Shown: in pieces, positions 1 through 8,171 of the stretch
Layout: each line of letters opens with the position of its first letter
Numbering within the stretch: position 1 is the first letter of the stretch
From: Rhodospirillaceae bacterium
GTDB lineage: Bacteria > Pseudomonadota > Alphaproteobacteria > Rhodospirillales > Rhodospirillaceae
Direction: 5' to 3'
NCBI GenBank assembly: GCA_029245025.1
Contig: JAQWQC010000008.1
Span: 44,734 to 108,733, forward strand
Length of the DNA: 64,000 bases
Translations under genes and position numbers: made by a program
Notes under the pieces: model-generated
Told to the model about the DNA's origin: nothing
The model's database searches: none
The model's input: only the letters and a program-made list of their open reading frames with translations

Positions 1-66
1 TCAGCCTATTTCTTCGCCGGATACCTTGTCTTAGGTGCCGCCGTCATCGACCTCATAGGTTGGTGA
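1..66 (+). CDS. 3' end of an upstream ORF with a hydrophobic C-terminus; product unknown
   Basis: Frame 1 is open from the window edge (...SAYFFAGYLVLGAAVIDLIGW) to TGA at 64-66. Too short to assign. Confidence 0.25.
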   Translation, partial: SAYFFAGYLVLGAAVIDLIGW

Positions 67-82
67 GGCCAGAGAGGCCCAC

Positions 83-385
83 ATGCGTCTGCTTACTTGG
101 CTAATTGGTGTGGCGGTAGCCGTCGTCACCGTTCTATTTGCCATATCCAACCGCTCTCCTGTCTCGATCTCGGTATGGCCGTTTCCTGTGGCCGTGGATG
201 TCAGTCTATATATTCTCATTTTGGCTGCTGTTTTTTCCGGTTTTCTAGTCGGTGCTTTTGTGACTTGGGTAAAGGCGGGTAAACATCGGCGGCGCGTTCG
301 CCAACAACGGACTGAAATTCGCACTCTGGAGGGTGAATTAAGTGATGTTCACGCTCGCCTCGCCAGCAAGACGAAGTCCGACTAG
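83..385 (+). CDS. LapA/DUF1049-like small inner-membrane protein
   Basis: 100 aa with two hydrophobic helices followed by a basic/coiled tail (KHRRRVRQQRTEIRTLEGEL). GAGAGG lies upstream of the ATG. Position upstream of pyrF fits alphaproteobacterial lapA-like genes. Confidence 0.6.
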   Translation: MRLLTWLIGVAVAVVTVLFAISNRSPVSISVWPFPVAVDVSLYILILAAVFSGFLVGAFVTWVKAGKHRRRVRQQRTEIRTLEGELSDVHARLASKTKSD

Positions 386-412
386 GCCTATAAATCATTT
401 GGAAGTTAATTG

Positions 413-1144
413 ATGACTGGATTTAATCAGGAACCCCGCAACCCAATTTTTTGCGCCATTGATACCGCTGATTTAGGGACGGCAACGACCTGGGCCGCGA
501 GTATTGGCGACCATGTGGGTGGCATTAAGCTCGGATTGGAATTTTTTTCGGCGCACGGTCCCAAGGGTGTCACGCAAGTGATGAGGGCATCGGGTTTGCC
601 AGCTTTCCTGGATGTTAAGTTTCATGATATTCCGAATACTGTTGCGGGAGCGGTGAGGGCTATCACCGGAGTAAAGCCATTTATAATAAATGTGCATGCG
701 AGCGGTGGCAAAGCGATGATGCAGGCGGCTGCAGAAGCTGCTTCGGAGGCCGCATACGAGCACGTCACACCCCGTCCTTTGGTGATCGGTGTCACCATAC
801 TCACGAGCCTGGCGGATAATGACTTAGCTGAGGTTGGCATGTCAGCTTCGACAGCAGACCAGGCCATTCGCCTTGCTGTTCTTGCCAAAGAATCTGGATT
901 AGACGGTGTGGTGTGCTCTCCACTTGAAGCCGCGCGCATCCGGGCTGAATGCGGGCCAAATTTCAAATTGGTGACACCTGGTGTCCGCCCAGAGTGGGCC
1001 GCAGTGAATGACCAGAAGCGAATCATGACCCCTGAGCAAGCTATTGCAGAGGGAGCTGACTATCTTGTCATTGGTCGCCCAATAACCTCTGCCGTTGACC
1101 CGTCAGCTGTAGCGCAGCGAATAGCGACTGCCCTGGCTGCTTAG
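413..1144 (+). CDS. pyrF: orotidine 5'-phosphate decarboxylase
   Basis: Motifs CAIDT and LDVKFHDIPNT (DxKxxDIxxT), plus a C-terminal GADYLVIGRPI. The ORF track starts at TTG 410; ATG 413 is more likely. Confidence 0.9.
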   Translation: MTGFNQEPRNPIFCAIDTADLGTATTWAASIGDHVGGIKLGLEFFSAHGPKGVTQVMRASGLPAFLDVKFHDIPNTVAGAVRAITGVKPFIINVHASGGKAMMQAAAEAASEAAYEHVTPRPLVIGVTILTSLADNDLAEVGMSASTADQAIRLAVLAKESGLDGVVCSPLEAARIRAECGPNFKLVTPGVRPEWAAVNDQKRIMTPEQAIAEGADYLVIGRPITSAVDPSAVAQRIATALAA

Positions 1145-1161
1145 TCCAAAAGAACAGCATT

Positions 1162-1806
1162 GTGAGTGTAGCAGTTAAAATTTGTGGGCTTGTTGACCAG
1201 GAGGGTGTCGATGCGGCTATTGAAGGTGGCGCCAATTACCTAGGTCTGAATTTTTTTGAAGGCTCGCCTCGACACGTGGCACCAAATGTTGCTGCAACGC
1301 TTCTGGAGGATTGTCCGGAAGAGATATTGCGAGTGGGACTCTTTGTCGACCCGACGGATGAATTGCTGGATTACGTCACCCGTCATGTAAGGCTGGATTA
1401 CCTCCAGCTACATGGCAAGGAAACGCCTGAGCGGGTCGATGAAGTTCGTCTCGGCTATGGCCTTCCGGTAATGAAGGTCATCGGCGTAGCCAATGCTGAT
1501 GACGTTGCTTTAGCGTCAGCTTACGAGAATCATGCGGATAAGCTGCTCTTTGACGCTAAGCCTCCCCCAGAGGCAGATCGTCCAGGTGGCAACGCGACAG
1601 CCTTTCAATGGGATTTGATGAAAACTTATAGGGGCTCGTTGCCATGGATGTTGGCTGGTGGGTTGACGGCGTCAAATTTGGCTCAGGCACTTGCCCAGTC
1701 TGGCGCTCCTGCGGTCGATGTTGCGTCTGGGGTGGAGAGCGCTCCTGGCCAGAAAGACCCAGCTCTTGTCAGGGCCTTCCTGTCCGCTGCAAAAGAGGCC
1801 ACATAA
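1162..1806 (+). CDS. trpF: phosphoribosylanthranilate isomerase
   Basis: N-terminal VKICGL, LQLHG and LAGGL motifs. Lies directly upstream of trpB-trpA. GTG start. Confidence 0.9.
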   Translation: MSVAVKICGLVDQEGVDAAIEGGANYLGLNFFEGSPRHVAPNVAATLLEDCPEEILRVGLFVDPTDELLDYVTRHVRLDYLQLHGKETPERVDEVRLGYGLPVMKVIGVANADDVALASAYENHADKLLFDAKPPPEADRPGGNATAFQWDLMKTYRGSLPWMLAGGLTASNLAQALAQSGAPAVDVASGVESAPGQKDPALVRAFLSAAKEAT

Positions 1807-1909
1807 AGGCCTAAGACCCTGAGCTTTCGAAGAGTTCTTTTTGCTCATCCGTCAGTGCTGCGCTATAAGTCCGGCACACGATAGAGCCCCACCAGGAAAC
1901 ACAACGGAC

Positions 1910-3136
1910 ATGGCGGAAGCCCGCAACACGTATCGCGACGGCCCAGATGAACTCGGGCATTTCGGCCTGTTTGGTGGCCGTTATGTCGCTGAGACTCTGA
2001 TGCCTCTGATCCTTGAGGTTGAACGGTCCTACGATGCGGCCTGTGCAGACCCATCTTATGCCAAAGAGCTTGAGTCTTTTCGGACCACTTACGCTGGGCG
2101 CCCGAGCCCCCTGTACTTTGCCGAGCGCCTGACGGACCATTTTGGTGGCGCCAAGATTTATTTTAAGCGTGACGAGCTCAATCATACGGGTTCACATAAG
2201 ATCAATAACTGCCTCGGCCAGATTCTACTGGCAAAGCGCATGGGCAAAACACGGATCATTGCCGAAACTGGAGCGGGCCAACACGGGGTTGCAACAGCGA
2301 CTGTGTGTGCACGGTTCGGCCTCGAATGTATTGTTTATATGGGCGCCAAGGACATTGAGCGGCAAAAGCCCAACGTCTTTCGGATGAACTTGCTTGGTGC
2401 TGATGTTCGTGCGGTCGATAAGGGTTCGGCGACGCTTAAAGAAGCCATGAATGAAGCGTTACGAGATTGGGTCGCTAATGTCGACGATACCTACTATCTC
2501 ATTGGTACTGCCGCTGGACCCCATCCTTATCCTGCCATGGTGCGCGACTTCCAATCGGTCATCGGCGATGAAGTCAAAGTGCAGATGGCAGAGGCGGAAG
2601 GGCGGCTGCCAGATACGTTGGTGGCGTGCATTGGTGGTGGGTCAAATGCGATCGGGTTATTTCACCCGTTCCTTGATGATGGCGATGTGCGGTTGATTGG
2701 CGTTGAAGCAGCTGGTAACGGCATTAATTCCGGTGAGCATGCGGCGTCAATATCAGGCGGCAACCCGGGTGTCTTGCACGGCAACCGTACATACCTGTTA
2801 CAGGATGCTGGCGGCCAAATTCGGGATGCCCATTCTATTTCTGCCGGATTGGATTATCCGGGTATCGGTCCTGAGCACGCGTGGCTCCACCTAAAAGGCC
2901 GTGTCAACTATGTGTCCGCCACTGACGAAGAGGCGTTAGCCGCATTCCAATTGTGTTCGCTGCTCGAGGGAATTATTCCTGCGCTTGAACCATCACACGC
3001 GCTTTCTTATGTTCAGAAAATTGCTCCAGAACTGCCCTCCGATCATCTCCTTGTCGTGAACCTATGTGGTCGCGGTGACAAAGACGTATTTACTGTCGCT
3101 GAGGCGTTGGGCTCGGATTTGGGGGCTGAAACGTGA
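1910..3136 (+). CDS. trpB: tryptophan synthase beta chain
   Basis: [15 protein letters not shown] and HTGSHKINN (PLP lysine), then GGGSNAIG. The ORF track begins at 1841, but ATG 1910 gives the canonical N-terminus. Confidence 0.95.
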   Translation: MAEARNTYRDGPDELGHFGLFGGRYVAETLMPLILEVERSYDAACADPSYAKELESFRTTYAGRPSPLYFAERLTDHFGGAKIYFKRDELNHTGSHKINNCLGQILLAKRMGKTRIIAETGAGQHGVATATVCARFGLECIVYMGAKDIERQKPNVFRMNLLGADVRAVDKGSATLKEAMNEALRDWVANVDDTYYLIGTAAGPHPYPAMVRDFQSVIGDEVKVQMAEAEGRLPDTLVACIGGGSNAIGLFHPFLDDGDVRLIGVEAAGNGINSGEHAASISGGNPGVLHGNRTYLLQDAGGQIRDAHSISAGLDYPGIGPEHAWLHLKGRVNYVSATDEEALAAFQLCSLLEGIIPALEPSHALSYVQKIAPELPSDHLLVVNLCGRGDKDVFTVAEALGSDLGAET

Positions 3137-4011
3137 GTGCCCCATTAAGGGAGAGTCGACTGACGCGACGGTTCGAAAAACTTAAAGAAAAAGACCGCGC
3201 GGCTTTAGTCACATTTATCACGGCCAATGATCCGGACCCCGCGGTCTTTCGTCAACTGTTGGAAGGCCTGCCGACGGCTGGTGCCGATATTATTGAGCTG
3301 GGGATGCCGTTTTCAGATCCCATGGCTGATGGCCCGTCGGTCCAGCTTTCATCGCAACGCGCAATCAAAGTGGGTGTGACAATTGATGATGTTCTTGGTG
3401 CCGTCGCGGACATGCGCGAGTGGGAGATGGATACGCCTGTCATATTGATGGGCTATTACAATCCAATCTATTGTTATGGACTGGCGGAATTTGCTGAAGC
3501 GGCAGCAAATGCAGGTGTTGATGGCGTCATCATTGTTGATCTTCCCCCAGAAGAAGCGGAAGAGCTGAATCAACATTTGCGGACCAACAATTTACACATG
3601 ATTTTTCTGGCTGCACCTACAACGGACGGGGTTCGCTTTCCGCGTGTTCTCGAGCAAGCCAGTGGTTTTGTGTACTACGTTGCCGTCAAAGGTGTAACCG
3701 GGACAAAATCAGCTAACATTTCAGAGGTAAGCGCGCGCGTTGCTGCAATGAGAACACAAACAGATTTGCCACTTGGGGTGGGTTTTGGCATTCGCACGGC
3801 GTCACAGGCGGCGGAAATGGCGCAGTTTGCTGATGCCGTCGTTGTTGGTTCTGCAATAGTCGATATTATTACCGATGGCATCGACAGTGAGTGGCGTGCA
3901 AAGCCAGGATTGGCAACGCGCGTCCTCGATTTTGTTAAAGATTTAGCGAATGGTGTTCAGGCGGCACGTCTTGATAGTGCTGAAAACGCTTCTACGGGAG
4001 TGGATGCATGA
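3133..4011 (+). CDS. trpA: tryptophan synthase alpha chain
   Basis: [14 protein letters not shown] motif and GVTG. Its GTG start overlaps the trpB stop (GTGA). Confidence 0.95.
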   Translation: MSAPLRESRLTRRFEKLKEKDRAALVTFITANDPDPAVFRQLLEGLPTAGADIIELGMPFSDPMADGPSVQLSSQRAIKVGVTIDDVLGAVADMREWEMDTPVILMGYYNPIYCYGLAEFAEAAANAGVDGVIIVDLPPEEAEELNQHLRTNNLHMIFLAAPTTDGVRFPRVLEQASGFVYYVAVKGVTGTKSANISEVSARVAAMRTQTDLPLGVGFGIRTASQAAEMAQFADAVVVGSAIVDIITDGIDSEWRAKPGLATRVLDFVKDLANGVQAARLDSAENASTGVDA

Positions 4012-5015
4012 ATTGGCTGACGAACTTTGTTCGGCCGAAGATTAAGCGATTGGTGCAGCCAAGAGAGGCGCCGGACAATCTATGGCACAAGTGCCAGAGC
4101 TGTAGCGAAATGGTCTTTCACCGAGAGCTCGAAAAGAGCTTCCGCGTTTGTCCCCATTGCGACCACCATATGCGCCTACCGGTGCGACAACGGCTGGAAA
4201 TTCTGTTCGATAATAAAAAATGGACAGAAATTGAGTTGCCGTCCGTTGCGGCTGACCCGCTCAAGTTTAAAGACAAAAAAAAATATAGCGATCGACTTAA
4301 AGAAGCTAAGTCAAAGACGGGCTCTAAAGACGCAATTGTGGTTTCTCATGGCACGATGGGTGGAATTAATGTCGTCATTGCAGCGTTCGAGTTTAGTTTT
4401 CTTGGTGGCTCAATGGGAACTGCTGTTGGTGAGGGTATTGTTGCGGCTGCCGAACTTGCAATTCTTCAAGAAGCCCCTCTGATCGTTATCCCGTCATCTG
4501 GCGGTGCTCGTATGCAGGAGGGAATCTTATCTTTAATGCAAATGGCTCGGACCACTGTTGCCGTTGACCGCGTGCGTGAAAAGGGCCTGCCTTATATTGT
4601 TCTGTTGACCGACCCCACGACCGGTGGCGTAACCGCGTCTTTTGCAATGCTTGGAGACATTCAAGTCGCGGAGCCAGGCGCCATAATTGGTTTTGCTGGT
4701 GCGCGGGTGATTGAGCAGACCATTCGAGAAACCCTCCCTGAGGGCTTTCAAAGAGCTGAGTATCTACTGGAGCATGGCATGGTGGATATGGTGGTTCATC
4801 GATCTAAGCTCCATGAATCGCTAGTTCAGCTGCTAGGCTTGCTCTTGCATCGCGATCCGGCTGCACCGGTTCTGTCATTAGATAGTGTTGGTCGGAAACG
4901 CCGCCGTCGTAAGAAAGAGGATGCAGATCGTTTGCTTGCGTCTCCTCCCGACCCCTCCATTCCTGATGAAAGTTTATTCGAGTCCGAGGGCGACGACGGG
5001 TCGGATAAATCCTGA
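4008..5015 (+). CDS. accD: acetyl-CoA carboxylase carboxyltransferase beta subunit
   Basis: N-terminal zinc ribbon CQSC...CPHCDHH and a GGSMG carboxyltransferase core. ATGA overlap with trpA. Has a long charged C-terminal tail. Confidence 0.95.
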   Translation: MNWLTNFVRPKIKRLVQPREAPDNLWHKCQSCSEMVFHRELEKSFRVCPHCDHHMRLPVRQRLEILFDNKKWTEIELPSVAADPLKFKDKKKYSDRLKEAKSKTGSKDAIVVSHGTMGGINVVIAAFEFSFLGGSMGTAVGEGIVAAAELAILQEAPLIVIPSSGGARMQEGILSLMQMARTTVAVDRVREKGLPYIVLLTDPTTGGVTASFAMLGDIQVAEPGAIIGFAGARVIEQTIRETLPEGFQRAEYLLEHGMVDMVVHRSKLHESLVQLLGLLLHRDPAAPVLSLDSVGRKRRRRKKEDADRLLASPPDPSIPDESLFESEGDDGSDKS

Positions 5016-5023
5016 TTACTCCT

Positions 5024-6322
5024 ATGCCAAATGATCCGCCGGATCTGGTATCCGCCCTTGAGCGAATAAAAGCGCTGCATCCCAAAGTCATAGATCTTTC
5101 GTTGGGTCGGATTGAGAGGCTTCTAACGGATTTAGGTTCTCCGCATTTACGAGTTCCACCGGTCGTCCATGTTGCTGGTACAAATGGTAAGGGGTCCGTT
5201 ATCGCGATGATGCGGGCGGCACTTGAGGCATCAAGTTATCGGGTGCATGTCTACACGTCGCCCCATCTAGTTTCATTTACGGAACGAATCCGGCTATGCG
5301 GTGATCTCATCGATCCAATGCTTTTATCCGAATTGATCGGTCACGTTGAACACGTCAACGGCGAAGCCCCCATCACTTTTTTCGAAATTATTACTGCGGT
5401 TGCTTATCACGCCTACGCACAAATTCCGGCCGATTTCCTTCTGCTAGAAACAGGGCTTGGTGGTCGGCTAGATGCGACAAACGTCGTTCCTCACCCAAAA
5501 GCGACGGTGCTTACGCCAATCGCCTTGGATCACATGAGTTACCTTGGGCACAGCCTGGCTGAGATTGCCGGTGAGAAGGCGGCGATTATGAGGGCCGGTG
5601 CACCTTGCATAAGTGCCGCACAATCGCCTGAGGCGGCAGAGGTTATCAAAAATACGGCGGCTAAACTAGGCGTGACAGTGGTGTGGCAGCATGAAGATTG
5701 GACCATTGAAGAAGATGATTTTGGCACTGTCCGCTACCAGGATGCACAAACCGACTGGTCGCTGCCACGTCCGGCACTGTCGGGTGCGCATCAGATCGTA
5801 AATCTCGGTATTGCTTTGGCGACCTTGGCGCGGTTGCCCGTCGACATTCCAGCATTTGGTCTTAGATCTGGTATGCGCCAGATTGACTGGCCAGCGCGCT
5901 TACAAAGGTTAACCGAGGGTCCTGTGGTTGCCTGTGTTCCCCACGGGTGGGAGGTGCGCCTGGACGGCGGCCATAACCCCGCAGCTGGGGAGGCCCTGGC
6001 GCATTGGTTGGCGGCTGAGCCCCGGCCGACTGTCGCGATTTGCGGTATGATGGCCGGGAAAGACTTGAGCGGCTACTTGAGCCCGCTTGTTCCTCATCTG
6101 ACCGCGATGGCTACAGTGCCAATTCCAGACCACGATGGTTGCGCACCACCTAACGACTTAGAGAACGTGGGCCGTGAAGCTGGAATGACCGAGGTCATGG
6201 CATGCACAGATGTTATGTCTGCTTTGGCGTCTCTGCAGCCCCACCTGGCGACGTCGGGCGGACGTGTTTTGGTTTGTGGATCTCTGTACCTGGCAGGTGA
6301 GGTTCTAAAAAAACACCGGTAA
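5024..6322 (+). CDS. folC: bifunctional folylpolyglutamate synthase / dihydrofolate synthase
   Basis: Mur-ligase P-loop VAGTNGKGS. The accD-folC adjacency is conserved. Confidence 0.9.
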   Translation: MPNDPPDLVSALERIKALHPKVIDLSLGRIERLLTDLGSPHLRVPPVVHVAGTNGKGSVIAMMRAALEASSYRVHVYTSPHLVSFTERIRLCGDLIDPMLLSELIGHVEHVNGEAPITFFEIITAVAYHAYAQIPADFLLLETGLGGRLDATNVVPHPKATVLTPIALDHMSYLGHSLAEIAGEKAAIMRAGAPCISAAQSPEAAEVIKNTAAKLGVTVVWQHEDWTIEEDDFGTVRYQDAQTDWSLPRPALSGAHQIVNLGIALATLARLPVDIPAFGLRSGMRQIDWPARLQRLTEGPVVACVPHGWEVRLDGGHNPAAGEALAHWLAAEPRPTVAICGMMAGKDLSGYLSPLVPHLTAMATVPIPDHDGCAPPNDLENVGREAGMTEVMACTDVMSALASLQPHLATSGGRVLVCGSLYLAGEVLKKHR

Positions 6323-6328
6323 GGTGTT
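6305..6328 (-). terminator. rho-independent terminator oriented for the minus strand, overlapping the folC stop codon
   Basis: The minus strand reads AACACC-TTACC-GGTGTT followed by TTTTTTT. On the plus strand only an A-run precedes the hairpin and no T-run follows it. Confidence 0.5.
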
Positions 6329-6552
6329 AGTCCGAGATCATAACGACGCCGAGCTCGAGAAGTTTGGCGAGCTGCTTGGTGCGAATATGCATTATTCGAT
6401 TGTTGAGATGCTGTTGCACCTCTTTGCGCGGCAGGGATCGGCTGATATTTGGCCATATAGGCTGTATCAGTCACATAACCGTCGCTCTTAAATTCCCGCA
6501 GGCTGGCGGTCGTTCTTATGTATTTTTGTACCGTGTTTTGGCTCTCGGAATC

Positions 6553-6578
6553 AAAAGCCCCGTCACAAGGGCGGGGCT
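6553..6578 (-). terminator. rho-independent terminator of trxA
   Basis: The minus strand reads AGCCCCG-CCCTTGTGA-CGGGGCT (7-bp GC-rich stem) followed by TTTTGATT, about 20 nt after the trxA stop. Confidence 0.7.
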
Positions 6579-6599
6579 ATGATCGTACTTGACTGCCAA

Positions 6600-6917
6600 T
6601 TACCCGATTGAAGACTCGATCCATTCAACCAATTTGCTTTTTGGCAAAGCGCCGACCTTAGTGGCGGCAACCTCTCCGTCTTTAAATAGGATGAGGGTTG
6701 GAATACCGCGCACACCGTACTTGGTTGGAATGTCAGGGTTATCATCAATATTAACTTTGGCGATGGTGACTTTCTCACCCATCTCTCTATCCATTTCGTC
6801 AAGGATGGGCCCAATCTGTTTGCACGGCCCGCACCAATCTGCCCAGAAATCCACAAGCACTGGCCCATCGGCTTTGAGCACATCGGACTCGAAGGAATCA
6901 TCGGATACGTGTTTCAT
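6600..6917 (-). CDS. trxA: thioredoxin
   Basis: WADWCGPCK active site, about 105 aa. ATG 6917 has AAGGAC 8 nt upstream; the ORF track uses TTG 6923. Confidence 0.95.
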   Translation of the reverse strand: MKHVSDDSFESDVLKADGPVLVDFWADWCGPCKQIGPILDEMDREMGEKVTIAKVNIDDNPDIPTKYGVRGIPTLILFKDGEVAATKVGALPKSKLVEWIESSIG

Positions 6918-7076
6918 GAACAATCGTCCTTTTGTTGAATTAAATCTGGGGCCTGAGGGGCCTACTGATTCCTCAATCTAGGAACGGCTTGGGCAGGGGT
7001 CAAGGCAACGGTGTGCCCCGGTTTAGTGAGTGCGTCAAAAGACCACCCTGCGGCGATTGGCGCGTGTCTGCTGAGA

Positions 7077-8129
7077 TTAGCTGCGCCAGCGCAAAGTCTG
7101 CGGTTCTATGGGATTCTTGAAGGGGCGCTGGTCGGTTTGAGCCTGTTGCCACTCTTTCTTAAGGCGGTAGTACCAGCGAATTTGTGAGTCTGCATCTTCG
7201 ACCAACATGGTCTCCGGGGCAAACGCCTGACCATCACGCATATCCAATACTGCGTTGGCATCCTGACTGAGAAAGCGATTGGCGAACACGCGAACAAGAC
7301 CGCGCAGAACAGCCCCGCCTGGAATATCCCAATACATAATATGATTCACGTCAGTGGTGTTGGCATCGATCGGCGTGCAAGCCGTTAAGCCACAGTATGT
7401 GGCTTTTCCGGTGGTCGCGTGTTCAACGCGAATGCCCGGTAAGGTGTATGTGATTTCTGTTTCGGGTGCGCCGCCCAAGAACAGGCGATAAGCACGGGCA
7501 TTTCCAGACGCGATGTGCCGATCCATGCGCCAGCCGAGTGGTGCGGGCGAGAATGCTTTCTCTTTGTCACGGACGTCGCGATGCCTTCGCCAAATGGAAG
7601 AGGCGTGGACAAAAGCTCCATGGGCGGGGTCCATTAGGCCAGTGATGGCGAGATCAATGTTGCAATTAAACGTTCGGTGAAGGTGCAATTGAAACCGGTG
7701 GCCAATCTCTGGCACTCCAGGGACATCGGGTAGGTCTTCACTTGGCTTGTTGCCGCCCATGAACACCCAAATGATACCCTCGGATTCCCTTACGGGATAA
7801 GACCGCGCGCGAATATCGACTGCTTGAGGGCGCTGTCCTTCTTTTTGAGAAGGTATTGCGACACACTTGCCGCTCGTTGCAAAGCGCCAACCGTGATATG
7901 GGCATTCCACAGTTTCACCGTCGAATATGCCGCGAGATAGAAGAGTGCCGCGATGTGGGCAGGTGTCCTTAAGAGCGAACACATCACCGCTATTATCTCG
8001 GCCGATCAGAATGGGCTCCCCAAGTAGGGTGCGATGAACAGTCTTGCCACGGTGAATATCCCGGGTCACCGCTGCGACATACCAAAAGCCGTGTAAAAAA
8101 GAGCCTGAATCTGAAGGAGGGTTGGTCAT
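7077..8129 (-). CDS. Rieske [2Fe-2S] non-heme-iron oxygenase (PaO/VanA-like alpha subunit)
   Basis: Rieske motif CPHRG...x17...CPYHGW and mononuclear iron motif DPAHGAFVH (D-x2-H-x4-H). Confidence 0.85.
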   Translation of the reverse strand: MTNPPSDSGSFLHGFWYVAAVTRDIHRGKTVHRTLLGEPILIGRDNSGDVFALKDTCPHRGTLLSRGIFDGETVECPYHGWRFATSGKCVAIPSQKEGQRPQAVDIRARSYPVRESEGIIWVFMGGNKPSEDLPDVPGVPEIGHRFQLHLHRTFNCNIDLAITGLMDPAHGAFVHASSIWRRHRDVRDKEKAFSPAPLGWRMDRHIASGNARAYRLFLGGAPETEITYTLPGIRVEHATTGKATYCGLTACTPIDANTTDVNHIMYWDIPGGAVLRGLVRVFANRFLSQDANAVLDMRDGQAFAPETMLVEDADSQIRWYYRLKKEWQQAQTDQRPFKNPIEPQTLRWRS

Positions 8130-8171
8130 AGCGCGATGGTGACGGACTGCGATGGAAAATCAAGAGCCGTA

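Noticed and set aside
6094-6582. Track ORFs 6094-6474 (-, 126 aa) and 6364-6582 (+, 72 aa) in the folC-trxA spacer as protein-coding genes.
   Set aside because: The minus ORF runs through the terminator hairpin and antisense into folC. The plus ORF is Cys/Arg-rich nonsense that runs through the trxA terminator. Neither has an RBS. The region is treated as a candidate sRNA or mini-ORF unit in the findings.
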